Positions 9,060 to 18,310 of a DNA stretch of 32,000 nucleotides are shown here, one piece after another. The translations under genes and the position numbers were made by a program. The DNA comes from an uncultured Erysipelotrichaceae bacterium (GTDB lineage Bacteria > Bacillota_I > Bacilli_A > Erysipelotrichales > Erysipelotrichaceae). Under the pieces are notes generated by a model, which was not told the DNA's origin, did not search any database, and was given only the letters and a program-made list of their open reading frames with translations. Position 1 is the first letter of the stretch. Every line of letters starts with the position of its first letter. The stretch is taken from contig OW818668.1 of NCBI GenBank assembly GCA_942493105.1, positions 180,001 to 212,000 of the forward strand. The letters are read 5' to 3'.

Positions 9060-10097
9060 ATGGAACTAAGTCTAATACAAAATTTTCTCGACCAAGCGGT
9101 TGAAGACAAGCTTATCCCTGGTGCATGTTTTGCCTATGTTGATTTATTTGAAAAACATTTTATTTGTAGCGGATACAGACAAATAGTGCCCACTTTAGAA
9201 CTTAATACATTGGATACCCTTTATGATTTGGCTTCTTGTACAAAAGTCGTAGCAACAACGACAGCAATCTTATTGTTGCTTGAACAAGAGCGACTTACTT
9301 TAGATACCAAAGTGAGTTTCATACTGCCTCGCTATAAATACAAAAACATTACGATCAAAGATCTTTTAACCCATACCAGCGGCATGCCCAATAGTGATAA
9401 TAACTATAAGAACAATCATACAAAAGAAAGTTTCGTAGATTACATCTATAATTTGGAGTTGGAATATGAACCTAACACTAAAGTTCAATATACTGATTTC
9501 AATTTTATATTATTGGGTTTTGTGATTGAAGAGATCACAAAGATGTCGATCGATCAGTTTACATCAAAGTTTATCTTTGAACCCTTACAGATGAAAAGCA
9601 CCCGTTATTTAGGCCTAAACGGGAATCCAGAAAGATGTGCCAGTACAGAAGTCACCGCTCATCGAGGTGTGATCAAAGGAATCGTGCATGATGGAAAAGC
9701 TTACTTGTTGGAAGGCAAATCAGGTAATGCAGGTGTTTTTTCTAATGTTGATGATCTTAGCAATTTTGTTGAGATGATGTTAAACCAAGGATTATTTAGA
9801 GGCCATCGTTTTCTTCGTCAAGACACCATTGGTTTATTAAGACATTGCTTTACAGAAGGTTTAAATTTTAGAAGAACCTTAGGATGGCTCAATGATGAAC
9901 CTTCCAGTCCTCTAGGAGACTACTATTCTAATGATATGATCTTTCATACAGGTTTTACTGGAACCTCAATCTACATCGATTTTAAGAGACAATGCGGGAT
10001 TATATTATTGACCAATCGTATCCATCCTAATCGTGATAATGCACACATCGATCAGATCAGAAAAGAAGTCATGAACTTAGTTTTGTATAACAGGTAA
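9060..10097 (+). CDS. serine hydrolase, beta-lactamase/PBP4*-like family
   Basis: SxxK nucleophile motif (ASCTK) and a later HTG triad (FHTGFTGTS). Start moved to the ATG at 9060 (MELSLIQNF) behind GAGGAG. No signal peptide from that start. Confidence 0.8.
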   Translation: MELSLIQNFLDQAVEDKLIPGACFAYVDLFEKHFICSGYRQIVPTLELNTLDTLYDLASCTKVVATTTAILLLLEQERLTLDTKVSFILPRYKYKNITIKDLLTHTSGMPNSDNNYKNNHTKESFVDYIYNLELEYEPNTKVQYTDFNFILLGFVIEEITKMSIDQFTSKFIFEPLQMKSTRYLGLNGNPERCASTEVTAHRGVIKGIVHDGKAYLLEGKSGNAGVFSNVDDLSNFVEMMLNQGLFRGHRFLRQDTIGLLRHCFTEGLNFRRTLGWLNDEPSSPLGDYYSNDMIFHTGFTGTSIYIDFKRQCGIILLTNRIHPNRDNAHIDQIRKEVMNLVLYNR

Positions 10098-10098
10098 C

Positions 10099-10121
10099 AA
10101 AAAGGTGAAATTCACCTTTTT
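10099..10121. terminator. bidirectional hairpin terminator
   Basis: CAAAAAGGTGAAATTCACCTTTTTAA: AAAGGTG/CACCTTT stem with an A-run on one side and a T-run on the other. Confidence 0.7.
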
Positions 10122-10130
10122 AAATGCTTG

Positions 10131-10442
10131 TTACTCAAATACTTGAGTTCTTACGACACTTGATTCTAAAACATAGATTTTTCTTAAGGCTTGGACTTTC
10201 GCAAAATGAGGATAGGTTCGATGAAGATCCAAGGATGCTTGATCGACCCACTTCTCTACCAATAACAATTCATCTTCTGAACTGAGCGATAAGAAATAAT
10301 CATAGGCAATGTTGCCTGCTTCTGCACGAGAGTCTTCTTGAATATGTGCATCCAAGATGGCTTTATGAAAAACTTCTCTTTGGTTTGGATGTGTTTTATA
10401 CGTAACCAACATTAATAGATAGGATGATTTATTTTGAGTCAT
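10131..10442 (-). CDS. ABM-domain (antibiotic biosynthesis monooxygenase-like) protein
   Basis: A 103-aa ferredoxin-like protein. The pattern LV..K.....REVF...I........E.G...Y........E.LLLVEKW.D..SL..H is typical of YgiN/ABM proteins. AAGGAAGG RBS. Confidence 0.7.
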   Translation of the reverse strand: MTQNKSSYLLMLVTYKTHPNQREVFHKAILDAHIQEDSRAEAGNIAYDYFLSLSSEDELLLVEKWVDQASLDLHRTYPHFAKVQALRKIYVLESSVVRTQVFE

Positions 10443-10495
10443 AATGAATACCTTCCTTATGTTTATTATGACCTAAGCAACTCAATAATCCAATA

Positions 10496-10521
10496 AAAAC
10501 AATGGGTTTCCCCATTGTTTT
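10496..10521 (-). terminator. rho-independent terminator after nagA-like gene
   Basis: Minus strand reads AAAACAATGGG-GAAA-CCCATTGTTTT followed by TATT. Confidence 0.75.
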
Positions 10522-10526
10522 ACAAA

Positions 10527-11660
10527 TTAATCCATTTTAATGGCTTGACCATCGATGTATGTCTGTTCTAGGTGTAGTTTATCATCCAAAACCAAGAAAT
10601 CAGCAGCTTTACCAGAAGCGATAGAACCTGTTGTATGATCAATTCCAAGCAATTTAGCTGGATTCAATGCACCCATGACTACAGCTTCTTCAAGAGTTGC
10701 CAAACCGTTTTGAATCAGTCTACGAGTGTTTGGAAACAAAGGATAATAACAACCTTGAATCCAACCATTAGGATCCATGACTTTAAAATCTTCTGTGATG
10801 GTCATTTCAAGTCCTTTGATGAGATGTTTGCCTGGCTTTAATCCACCAAGATAGATTGAATCAGAAACCAAGATGGTCTTTTTATAACCCTTGACCTTGA
10901 GTATGATCGATAACATTTCATAACTGACATGAATGAAATCTGTGATGATTTCTGCATATACATTAGGATCAAGTAAACCAACGCCCATGACGCCAACATT
11001 ACGTTGGTGCATCTGTCCCATATTGTTTCCAGTATGCGTCAAGGCATCAATCAATCCTTCTTGATTAAAAACTTTAAAATCTTCGGCACTCATCAAAGTA
11101 TGTCCTGCAGAAACTTTGATCCCATTGGCTTTTAAATAACGCATGGATTCTTTGGCTTGGGGCAGTTCTGGGGCAATCATCACATATCTGAGTTTGTTTC
11201 CACAAGCCTCATTGAGTTCTTTGAGGTAATCGACACTTAGATCTTTGATCTTTTTGAACTGTTCACGAAAGAACGTATAATACTCTGTGCTAAAACGTCC
11301 TTCTAAAGTTAAACCTAGCAGTTTAGCGATCTGTGGGCTTTGGTGATACGTTTTGATGATGGGATACATATCTTCTTGTAGACTTGGACTACAAGAAGTT
11401 GTTCCATTTTGAGCCAAGACTCTTAAAAAGCCTTCAAGTTCTTGAGTCGTGAACGGTTTATTATAATCAATGTATCCGCCATATCCATGCAGATGAACAT
11501 CAATGAAACCTGGGATCAAGATCTTATCATCTAAAACCAAATCTATTTTTCCATGATAATCTGCTCTAGGAATAATGCTTCCAAAATTACCGCCATTCAC
11601 TTCTAATACGCCATCCACGATACCCTTCTCAGTATAAATACGTCGACTAGAAATGAACAT
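10527..11660 (-). CDS. nagA: N-acetylglucosamine/galactosamine-6-phosphate deacetylase family amidohydrolase
   Basis: PGFIDVHLHGYGG metal-binding HxH motif, SAGHT, and the distal DS/VSD motif of the NagA-type amidohydrolase fold. Length 377 aa. AAGGAGG RBS. Confidence 0.75.
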   Translation of the reverse strand: MFISSRRIYTEKGIVDGVLEVNGGNFGSIIPRADYHGKIDLVLDDKILIPGFIDVHLHGYGGYIDYNKPFTTQELEGFLRVLAQNGTTSCSPSLQEDMYPIIKTYHQSPQIAKLLGLTLEGRFSTEYYTFFREQFKKIKDLSVDYLKELNEACGNKLRYVMIAPELPQAKESMRYLKANGIKVSAGHTLMSAEDFKVFNQEGLIDALTHTGNNMGQMHQRNVGVMGVGLLDPNVYAEIITDFIHVSYEMLSIILKVKGYKKTILVSDSIYLGGLKPGKHLIKGLEMTITEDFKVMDPNGWIQGCYYPLFPNTRRLIQNGLATLEEAVVMGALNPAKLLGIDHTTGSIASGKAADFLVLDDKLHLEQTYIDGQAIKMD

Positions 11661-11700
11661 GATGACCTCCTTAAGGTGTGACCACGATGATTCGTCTAAC

Positions 11701-12195
11701 TTATTTTTTATGTGATTTTAACAAAGGAACCAAGTCGGTTGGATCGTATGTTTCAAATTGGCGACATTCAATCTTATATCCCAAATCATGCAGATATAGT
11801 AGATTATCAATTTCTAGCGGCGTTACACTGACAGTATCTGTCAATTCAATTTTGCCTTCTTTGAATTTCAAAGAGGCGATATTGATGAAGTCGATGGGTA
11901 ACTTGACCCCAGCTTTGGCAATTTTAGTAATCGCCACAGTATCTTTAAAAACCAGCATGACTTTATAGTTATCAAAAACACCTTTATTGTACTTTTCGAT
12001 AAATCCTTCAACACTTTGAGCAAACAACTTAACATTTGGCGGAGTCGTTAACGCAAAGATATCCAACTGAACTTTGTTTGCGGCAAGCACATCATCAACG
12101 AGAATAATGACATTGACGCCATAAGCAAGCGTCCACGATCCGATGGTTTTTCCTCTGATAAAACGTTCATCTATTCTGGCAAGTACGACTGGCAT
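11701..12195 (-). CDS. EIIB(Man/Lev)-fold protein, catalytically degenerate (His to Arg)
   Basis: MPVVLARIDERFIRGKTIGSW aligns to the LevE/ManX IIB N-terminus LARIDDRFIHGQ. The phosphorylated His is Arg and the following Gln is Lys. The rest of the IIB(Man) pattern is retained (IILVDD, PPNVK, SVE, INIA). Start moved to the ATG at 12195 behind GGAAAGGA. Confidence 0.75.
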   Translation of the reverse strand: MPVVLARIDERFIRGKTIGSWTLAYGVNVIILVDDVLAANKVQLDIFALTTPPNVKLFAQSVEGFIEKYNKGVFDNYKVMLVFKDTVAITKIAKAGVKLPIDFINIASLKFKEGKIELTDTVSVTPLEIDNLLYLHDLGYKIECRQFETYDPTDLVPLLKSHKK

Positions 12196-12242
12196 GGGTG
12201 TATCCTTTCCTGTTTGTTGTATATACATGTTATGCTACCCAC

Positions 12243-12272
12243 ATTTTACGTTTATTCCCTTGTAAAAGTCAA
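12243..12272 (-). promoter_or_regulatory. sigma-A type promoter of the IIB-like/nagA operon
   Basis: Minus strand reads TTGACT, then 18 nt, then TAAAAT, about 45 nt upstream of the ATG at 12195. Confidence 0.5.
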
Positions 12273-12284
12273 TAGTTTTAAAGC

Positions 12285-12313
12285 ATAAAAATACCCGATG
12301 ATTCATCGGGTAT
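12285..12313 (-). terminator. rho-independent terminator after the S8 protease gene
   Basis: Minus strand reads ATACCCGATG-AAT-CATCGGGTAT followed by TTTTAT. Confidence 0.8.
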
Positions 12314-12330
12314 CAAATGTTTGTGAATAT

Positions 12331-13695
12331 TTATGGTGTGTGTGATAAAGCTTGATCAGCTGTAATGAATCCAGCACCTGAGGCATCATTACCCCAAGAT
12401 ATTTGAGAAGTAGATCCACCATAAGTAATGGTTCTTGTTCCTGCTGGCAATGGATATGCTGCTGTTTCTAAAATGGTTTCTGCTTGAGTTTGATATAAAC
12501 TTGGTAGTTTTTGGGCCATTAAAGCAACAATACCTGCGACATGCGGACTAGACATTGAGGTTCCGCCTAAATAGTAGTAACTGGTTTGTCCGCTATTGTT
12601 TTGATATGGACCAACGATCCATGAACCAGGCGCTGCAACATCAAGATCTTGTCCATCTTTTTCACGACTCGAAAAATCTGTAATATAGAAGTTTTGTGGA
12701 TCAAAAGGATCAGGAACATCGGTAAGACGCCACCAAGATCCAGGCGTTGTCCATTCACCGACCCATCCAGCAGCCGCAACTGAAATGACTGGAGCATAAG
12801 CACCTGGATAACCCATACCTTGTTCGCCTTCATTTCCTGCTGAAGCGACAATAATGACTCCCTTTGAGATGGCATAGTCTATGGCTGCTTTTTCGATAGG
12901 ATCAAGTCTTGATCCGCCTAAACTCATGTTGATGATGACTGGAGAATCCGCTAATGGGCCTTCTTTTAAAGATGCAACATATAAGATGCCCTGGGCTATG
13001 ACAGAGGACCAGCCAGATCCATTTTGGTTCAATACTTTAACTGGGATAACGGTTGCTTTTGGAGCAGTTCCATTAACGAAGCCCGCACCCAATTGAAATC
13101 CTAATATCGTACTTGTGACATGAGTTCCATGAGAATTTTGATCATGTTCCCATTTATTCTTTTGCGAAGAAACAGTGCCTACTTCACCACCGCCTCCACT
13201 AAAGGATATGGCATATTCTTCAGCAATTCTTTCTTGTGGGAAGTATTGACGCCAAGCATCAACAAGACCGGTATCTAAGACTGCAACATAAACTCCCGTC
13301 CCATCAAAATCGACCTGACGTGTCGTGGTTCCAAAATCAGTTACATTGATGGCATCTTGGTCCCACGTATTGAGTCCACCTGCGAAATCTGTTGCAGCAA
13401 CCGTATCGATTGGGGCACCAGTTCTTTGGGCATCAGGAGCAGCTGCAACGACATAAGGTAATGCTTGTAGAACAGAAAGTTGATAGGATTTAATTCTCAT
13501 GGTTACCCCATCTATTTCAGAAATCACATTCAAAACAGTGCCTAGTCCTTTTAGTTCTTTTAAGATGGCTGAATCGATATCCCGATTCAACACTACATTG
13601 ACACCAATGGTGCCGGAAGTTGAAGCTGCTGATACACCAACACTAACGCTCAGCATCGCAACAATAATCAAGATCTTTAATCCTAATCTTTTCAT
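12331..13695 (-). CDS. secreted subtilisin-like serine protease (peptidase S8) with I9-like propeptide
   Basis: Signal peptide MKRLGLKILIIVAMLSVSVGVSAAS. Catalytic D (VAVLDTGL), H (HGTHVTSTI), N (NMSLGG) and S (GGTSMSSPHVAG). Start moved to the ATG at 13695 behind AAAGGGGA. Confidence 0.92.
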   Translation of the reverse strand: MKRLGLKILIIVAMLSVSVGVSAASTSGTIGVNVVLNRDIDSAILKELKGLGTVLNVISEIDGVTMRIKSYQLSVLQALPYVVAAAPDAQRTGAPIDTVAATDFAGGLNTWDQDAINVTDFGTTTRQVDFDGTGVYVAVLDTGLVDAWRQYFPQERIAEEYAISFSGGGGEVGTVSSQKNKWEHDQNSHGTHVTSTILGFQLGAGFVNGTAPKATVIPVKVLNQNGSGWSSVIAQGILYVASLKEGPLADSPVIINMSLGGSRLDPIEKAAIDYAISKGVIIVASAGNEGEQGMGYPGAYAPVISVAAAGWVGEWTTPGSWWRLTDVPDPFDPQNFYITDFSSREKDGQDLDVAAPGSWIVGPYQNNSGQTSYYYLGGTSMSSPHVAGIVALMAQKLPSLYQTQAETILETAAYPLPAGTRTITYGGSTSQISWGNDASGAGFITADQALSHTP

Positions 13696-13924
13696 GTGTT
13701 TAATCCCCTTTCTGAATAAACAGGATCCATTTAAAGTTGGAAACATAGGTCAAAAGCTAATTATAATAAACATATCATTCACTAAAAGGATGCCGTTTCG
13801 ACCTTTAATCACAGATGATGAAATGCTTCCGTTAACTTGGATTGAATATATTATACTCACTTTCTATAGGAAATAAACAGATGATTTATAAGATATTTGA
13901 TTCACAAAATATGATGGCTTTACA

Positions 13925-14734
13925 TCATCTTTTAATCAATGCATAGGGATCTTTATCAACTTGTTTAGGATCTTTTTGAATCGTCCCTAATGGAAATGCA
14001 TAGAAGATAAATTCCTCTTGACCATCAAGTTCAAAGGCCTCATCACATAAAGCCTGATCTATATAGCCTACAGCACATCCACCAAGTTGAATTGACGTCG
14101 CTGCAAGATATAGATTTTCTGTTATATGTCCAGCATCGATCAGAGCAACACGATGCGCATAAATCCCATAACGCCATTCACAGCGATAACAAACAACACT
14201 GTAGTAAAAGGTTACATTAGCTTTATTGGCCCAATCTTGACCGCCTAATGATTTCCCATTGAATGTTTTCAGGTCATCTCTGACTTTCAATAATTCAAGT
14301 TGATGGGTCATAGGCAAGTAATGATAGGTACCATCTTTTAGATCATCCACATTTTGAACAGTAAGGTAACACTCAAATTGGTGACGAGCACCACCGCAAG
14401 GGACTGTCCTGATGGTCGCATACTGATTGCCTCGTATTTCTTTGATGCCTTGTGTACACCACAAAAGATAAGACAAAGCCAATAGAGATATCTTTTCTTC
14501 TGTGTATATGCGATCAGATTTACGCTTATTGATGATTTTCAAAAAATCATGCTCGATCTTCAAGTCACTAAAGTTGATTGGAAGATCAGTGGCGACTTGT
14601 CTCATAGGTGCTTTAACCAAAGGCGGTTGAGGCAATTTCAATTCCTGATCAGATTGAACTTCAGGATCCTCAATGGGCATCTTCATAAAATCTCTTCCAT
14701 TTTTGATCAGATGATCAATGTGTTGTTTATCCAT
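13925..14734 (-). CDS. SagB-type / nitroreductase-family FMN oxidoreductase
   Basis: RKSDRIY...LSYLLWCTQG...RTVPCGGARH.FE.YL and a C-terminal LGGCAVG pattern, typical of the SagB/ThcOx nitroreductase subfamily. The start is probably the ATG at 14734 (AAGGAA SD). The ORF-track ATG at 14758 lies 2 nt after a TGtTATAAT promoter element. Confidence 0.75.
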   Translation of the reverse strand: MDKQHIDHLIKNGRDFMKMPIEDPEVQSDQELKLPQPPLVKAPMRQVATDLPINFSDLKIEHDFLKIINKRKSDRIYTEEKISLLALSYLLWCTQGIKEIRGNQYATIRTVPCGGARHQFECYLTVQNVDDLKDGTYHYLPMTHQLELLKVRDDLKTFNGKSLGGQDWANKANVTFYYSVVCYRCEWRYGIYAHRVALIDAGHITENLYLAATSIQLGGCAVGYIDQALCDEAFELDGQEEFIFYAFPLGTIQKDPKQVDKDPYALIKR

Positions 14735-14823
14735 TATCTGTTCCTTTTTGTGTTTCATTTATTATAACACTATGGAAAAAATGAGTACTTGTGAATCAGC
14801 ACAAGCTTGTCTTCAGATATACT

Positions 14824-14856
14824 AAACCCCAATTCAGAATTCCTAAATTGGGGTTT
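14824..14856. terminator. 11-bp hairpin downstream of the FN3 gene
   Basis: AAACCCCAATT-11 nt-AATTGGGGTTT. The flanks are only moderately T-rich, so its terminator function is uncertain. Confidence 0.5.
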
Positions 14857-14919
14857 AGTTATATATATTAATAACCACGATTGTGTATACAGTGTGGTTA
14901 CTTTGACTTAAAACCTTGA

Positions 14920-15837
14920 TTATTCTCTAATATACGTTGTGGCAAATTTATAGACAGGCGCAAATTCACTATAGATCTTCCCAGTCGATGTCTTAATATA
15001 AGATCTCACCCAAACAAAGTACTTTTTCCCTAAAGTTAAGCCAGTGAGTGATATGCGTGTTGTCTTAATGTCTTTGACCATTTTTGCAAACAGAAAGACG
15101 GAAGAATCACCAATAAAAACTTCGTATCCTGTAACTTTAGTTTGTGCATTCCATACGATATCAATACGTTTATCGTAAGCCGTAAGTGTAATATTAGGAT
15201 TCATTATGGGTTTCGCAATGATCACCAAAACCTGTGAAAACTCACCCATGAAGGTTTCTGTAGCCCCTTGTGTGATGGCTCTGGCACTGAAGTAGTAAGT
15301 TTTTGATTCAATAATGGGGATCGTACATGACGGAACTTCCGTTGTACAAACCAGTCTCTTTTCATAATCTCCAACATTTGAGACATAAACTTGATATCCT
15401 GTTGCGCCAACGATTGATGTCCAGGCAAGATAAACATCATCTGATATAAAACCTAAAGTGGATAATTCAGGGATCCCTAAATTACCGGTCTTGGTACTAA
15501 CGGTATTTGAGAAATTCTTATAGACCTTAACCCCATTTGTTTCTGAATAAGGCTTGACCTTATAGTAAGCAACAGAAAGTGGCATTAAACTGGTATCGAC
15601 ATATTTTAGTTCAGTCGTTGAATTTAAGAGTGTATATTCTTTAGATTGACTATGAGCAGCATACACTTCATATCCGGTCACATCAGGTACAGATTCCCAC
15701 ACAATGACTGCATATCCAGAACCTACCTCATCGATATCTATCAAAACTCCATTGGTTTGTTTTGGTGAACATGCGGCATTAGACAATAAAAACAGTATGA
15801 CGGTAACCCGAATCAAACAATTTTTTATGGTATTCAT
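14920..15837 (-). CDS. secreted/lipoprotein-like protein with three fibronectin type III-like domains
   Basis: Signal sequence ending LLSNAAC (Cys-containing, non-canonical lipobox). Three repeats of the pattern W......TGY(E/Q)V(Y/F) (VIVWESVPDVTGYEVY, LAWTSIVGATGYQVY, IVWNAQTKVTGYEVF). GAGGAG RBS. Confidence 0.7.
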   Translation of the reverse strand: MNTIKNCLIRVTVILFLLSNAACSPKQTNGVLIDIDEVGSGYAVIVWESVPDVTGYEVYAAHSQSKEYTLLNSTTELKYVDTSLMPLSVAYYKVKPYSETNGVKVYKNFSNTVSTKTGNLGIPELSTLGFISDDVYLAWTSIVGATGYQVYVSNVGDYEKRLVCTTEVPSCTIPIIESKTYYFSARAITQGATETFMGEFSQVLVIIAKPIMNPNITLTAYDKRIDIVWNAQTKVTGYEVFIGDSSVFLFAKMVKDIKTTRISLTGLTLGKKYFVWVRSYIKTSTGKIYSEFAPVYKFATTYIRE

Positions 15838-16038
15838 TGATACTCCTCACTTTTCCTTTATAAAGCGCGGTCTAGATACCCGAAGTCTAACACCCACTAT
15901 TGGCATAAAACCGGAATAAAAATGGAATAGTGATGTTTCGAAAGATTATTATGTGTTTTCTGTGTGATTTATACTTATTTTTCAACATTTAGCTTCATTA
16001 TGAGTTTATTGATTTTTAATAAATTAAACGAACCTTAA

Positions 16039-16065
16039 ATAAAAAAGCACTTCGATTGAAGTGCT
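16039..16065 (-). terminator. rho-independent terminator after E2 gene
   Basis: Minus strand reads AGCACTTC-AATC-GAAGTGCT followed by TTTTTTAT. Confidence 0.85.
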
Positions 16066-16074
16066 CTGAATGAA

Positions 16075-17304
16075 TTAGTCAACTAATAGTGTTAAAGGAT
16101 GTTCAATAAGATAAACTAAATCAGTTAAGAACAAGGCAGCAGGATAACCATCGATTGCTCTATGATCGAAACTGAGGCTCAAGGTCATTTTATTGACTTT
16201 GACTAAATTGTTGTTTGCATCAAATTCAACACGTTGAATCGTTCTGCCTACGCCTAAGATACACACTTCAGGGACATTGATGATCGGATTAAAATCTGTG
16301 ACGGCTGTAGTCCCCAAGGAAGTAATCGTAAAGGTTCCGCCCGTTATATCATCCGGTAACAAAGCATTGTTTTTTGGTTTGGATGTTTGAACTTTGATGG
16401 CTTTCGCTAATTCAACCAAGGATAATGCTTGTGCATTTTTAACATTAGGGACGATAAGTCCGTTGTCTAACGCAACCGCAATCCCAAGATTGACAGAAGG
16501 CAATACATGGATCCCGTCTTCTAGAGCCAAAGCATTCATATTTGGATGCTTCTTTAAGGTTTTAGCAACAAAATAAGCCAGAAGATGTGTTACTGTCAAA
16601 CGAACACCCTGTTCTTTTTCAACTTTATCCAACAATTCAGATCTAAGCTTCAACAAACCATCCACATTGACTTCCGCATTGATCGTAACGGAAGGTACTG
16701 TACTATGACTCTTTGACATTTGATCCGCAATCAATTTACGAATTCCTGTCCATGGGATGATTTTCTCTACGCCTGGTTCAACATAAGTCGATTTTGTGGA
16801 TGATGGGTTAAAATGCAACACATCCTTAAGATGAACTCTATGTAAACCTGGGGTAGATTGGAAAACAGTTTCTATACTGATGCCTTTTTCACGGGCAGCT
16901 TTACGGGCTGCAGGTGTAGCTCTTACTCCAAATCCATCGCTTGGTAAGGCTTGAGCTGAAATCGAGGTAACAGTTTGAGTTGGAGTTTGTGTCGCAACTT
17001 TTGTTTCCACAACAGGTTTCACAGGTGTATCAATTTTTGCAAGTGTTGGAGTCTCAACTTTTTCGCCGGCTTGACCAATGTGGGCAATGACTGAGTTTAC
17101 GGGAACGACTTGTCCAACTTCAATATATCGACCCAAAAGGATTCCAGCATCATAGGCTTCAACTTCAATCGCGATCTTATCGGTCATGACTTCAAAAAGA
17201 ACTTCACCGACTTTGATGGGATCGCCTACTTTTTTAAACCATTCTGTAACATGCCCTTTATCCATCGTTGAGGATAATTTGGGCATCAATACTTCTTTAG
17301 CCAT
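16075..17304 (-). CDS. dihydrolipoamide acyltransferase, E2 component
   Basis: N-terminal lipoyl domain (EVMTDKIAIEVEA, lipoyl-Lys), peripheral subunit-binding domain (RATPAARKAAREKGI) and a catalytic domain ending SFDHRAIDG. AAGGAGG RBS. Confidence 0.93.
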   Translation of the reverse strand: MAKEVLMPKLSSTMDKGHVTEWFKKVGDPIKVGEVLFEVMTDKIAIEVEAYDAGILLGRYIEVGQVVPVNSVIAHIGQAGEKVETPTLAKIDTPVKPVVETKVATQTPTQTVTSISAQALPSDGFGVRATPAARKAAREKGISIETVFQSTPGLHRVHLKDVLHFNPSSTKSTYVEPGVEKIIPWTGIRKLIADQMSKSHSTVPSVTINAEVNVDGLLKLRSELLDKVEKEQGVRLTVTHLLAYFVAKTLKKHPNMNALALEDGIHVLPSVNLGIAVALDNGLIVPNVKNAQALSLVELAKAIKVQTSKPKNNALLPDDITGGTFTITSLGTTAVTDFNPIINVPEVCILGVGRTIQRVEFDANNNLVKVNKMTLSLSFDHRAIDGYPAALFLTDLVYLIEHPLTLLVD

Positions 17305-17316
17305 AAATTGTCCTCC

Positions 17317-18300
17317 TTATTTCGCTGCCATGATTTTGCGGCAGGCTTCTACGATATCGTTGACTTGAGGAACAGCCAATTTTTCAAGATTGGGTTCATA
17401 GGGAATCGGTGTTTCTGCACCGGCTAAACGTACGATTGGATGATCTAAATAGTCAAAGGATTCTTCCTCTGAAATGACAGCGGCTAATTCTGATGAGAAA
17501 CCACTGCGTTTGACGGCTTCAGTTACAACTAAAGCACGACCTGTCTTCTTAACTGAGTCGACGATGGTTTTCTTATCGAGGGGAACCAAGGTTCTTGGAT
17601 CGACGATTTCAATATCAATGCCTTCTTTAGCTAAGATTTCAGCAGCTTCTAGAGCTTTGTGTACCATATAGGATGTCGCGATGACAGAAATATCTTTGCC
17701 TGCACGTTTGATATCGGCAACGCCGATTGGGATAAAGTACTTACCTTCTGGAACATCCCCTTTGGTTCTGTAGCAAAGTTTATGTTCATAAAACATGACA
17801 GGGTTATTGTTGGCGATGGCACTGTGCAATAAACCTTTCGCATCATAAGCCGTGGATGGTTGAATGACGATCAAGCCAGGAATATGGGCTGTCCAGTTTT
17901 CTAAAGATTGGGAATGTTGTGCAGCTGCACCAGTCCCTGATCCACCAGGTGTTCTCATGACCAAAGGAATCGTCACATTGCCGCCATACATATAGTGTAT
18001 CTTCGCAGCTTGATTGACCATTTGATCCAAAGCGATCGTTATAAAATCTGAAAATTGAAGTTCAAAGACAGGACGCATTCCTGTGATTGCTGATCCTACT
18101 GCAGCACCAGCGATGGCACTTTCAGATATGGGAGTTACTCTGATCCGCTCTGGTCCAAATTCTTCAATCATGCCTCTGGTAACGCCAAATGCTCCACCAT
18201 ATACCCCAATATCTTCACCCATGATAAAGACTCTGTCGTCTTCACGCATGGCTTCGCTAAGGGCTTCTCTTATGGCTTCTGTGTATGTTATTTCTCTCAT
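17317..18300 (-). CDS. 2-oxoacid/acetoin-type dehydrogenase E1 beta subunit
   Basis: [14 protein letters not shown]...GEDIG.YGG.F..T.G....FG.ER...TPISE and GAAAQHSQS motifs of transketolase-like E1 beta. Start moved to the ATG at 18300. The AAGGAG there overlaps the E1 alpha stop. Confidence 0.92.
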   Translation of the reverse strand: MREITYTEAIREALSEAMREDDRVFIMGEDIGVYGGAFGVTRGMIEEFGPERIRVTPISESAIAGAAVGSAITGMRPVFELQFSDFITIALDQMVNQAAKIHYMYGGNVTIPLVMRTPGGSGTGAAAQHSQSLENWTAHIPGLIVIQPSTAYDAKGLLHSAIANNNPVMFYEHKLCYRTKGDVPEGKYFIPIGVADIKRAGKDISVIATSYMVHKALEAAEILAKEGIDIEIVDPRTLVPLDKKTIVDSVKKTGRALVVTEAVKRSGFSSELAAVISEEESFDYLDHPIVRLAGAETPIPYEPNLEKLAVPQVNDIVEACRKIMAAK

Positions 18301-18310
18301 GGTTGGCTCC

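Noticed and set aside
13925-14758. SagB-type gene as the marker of a thiazole/oxazole-modified microcin (TOMM) cluster.
   Set aside because: No YcaO or cyclodehydratase, precursor peptide, immunity gene or exporter gene lies within reach. The flanking genes have their own terminators.
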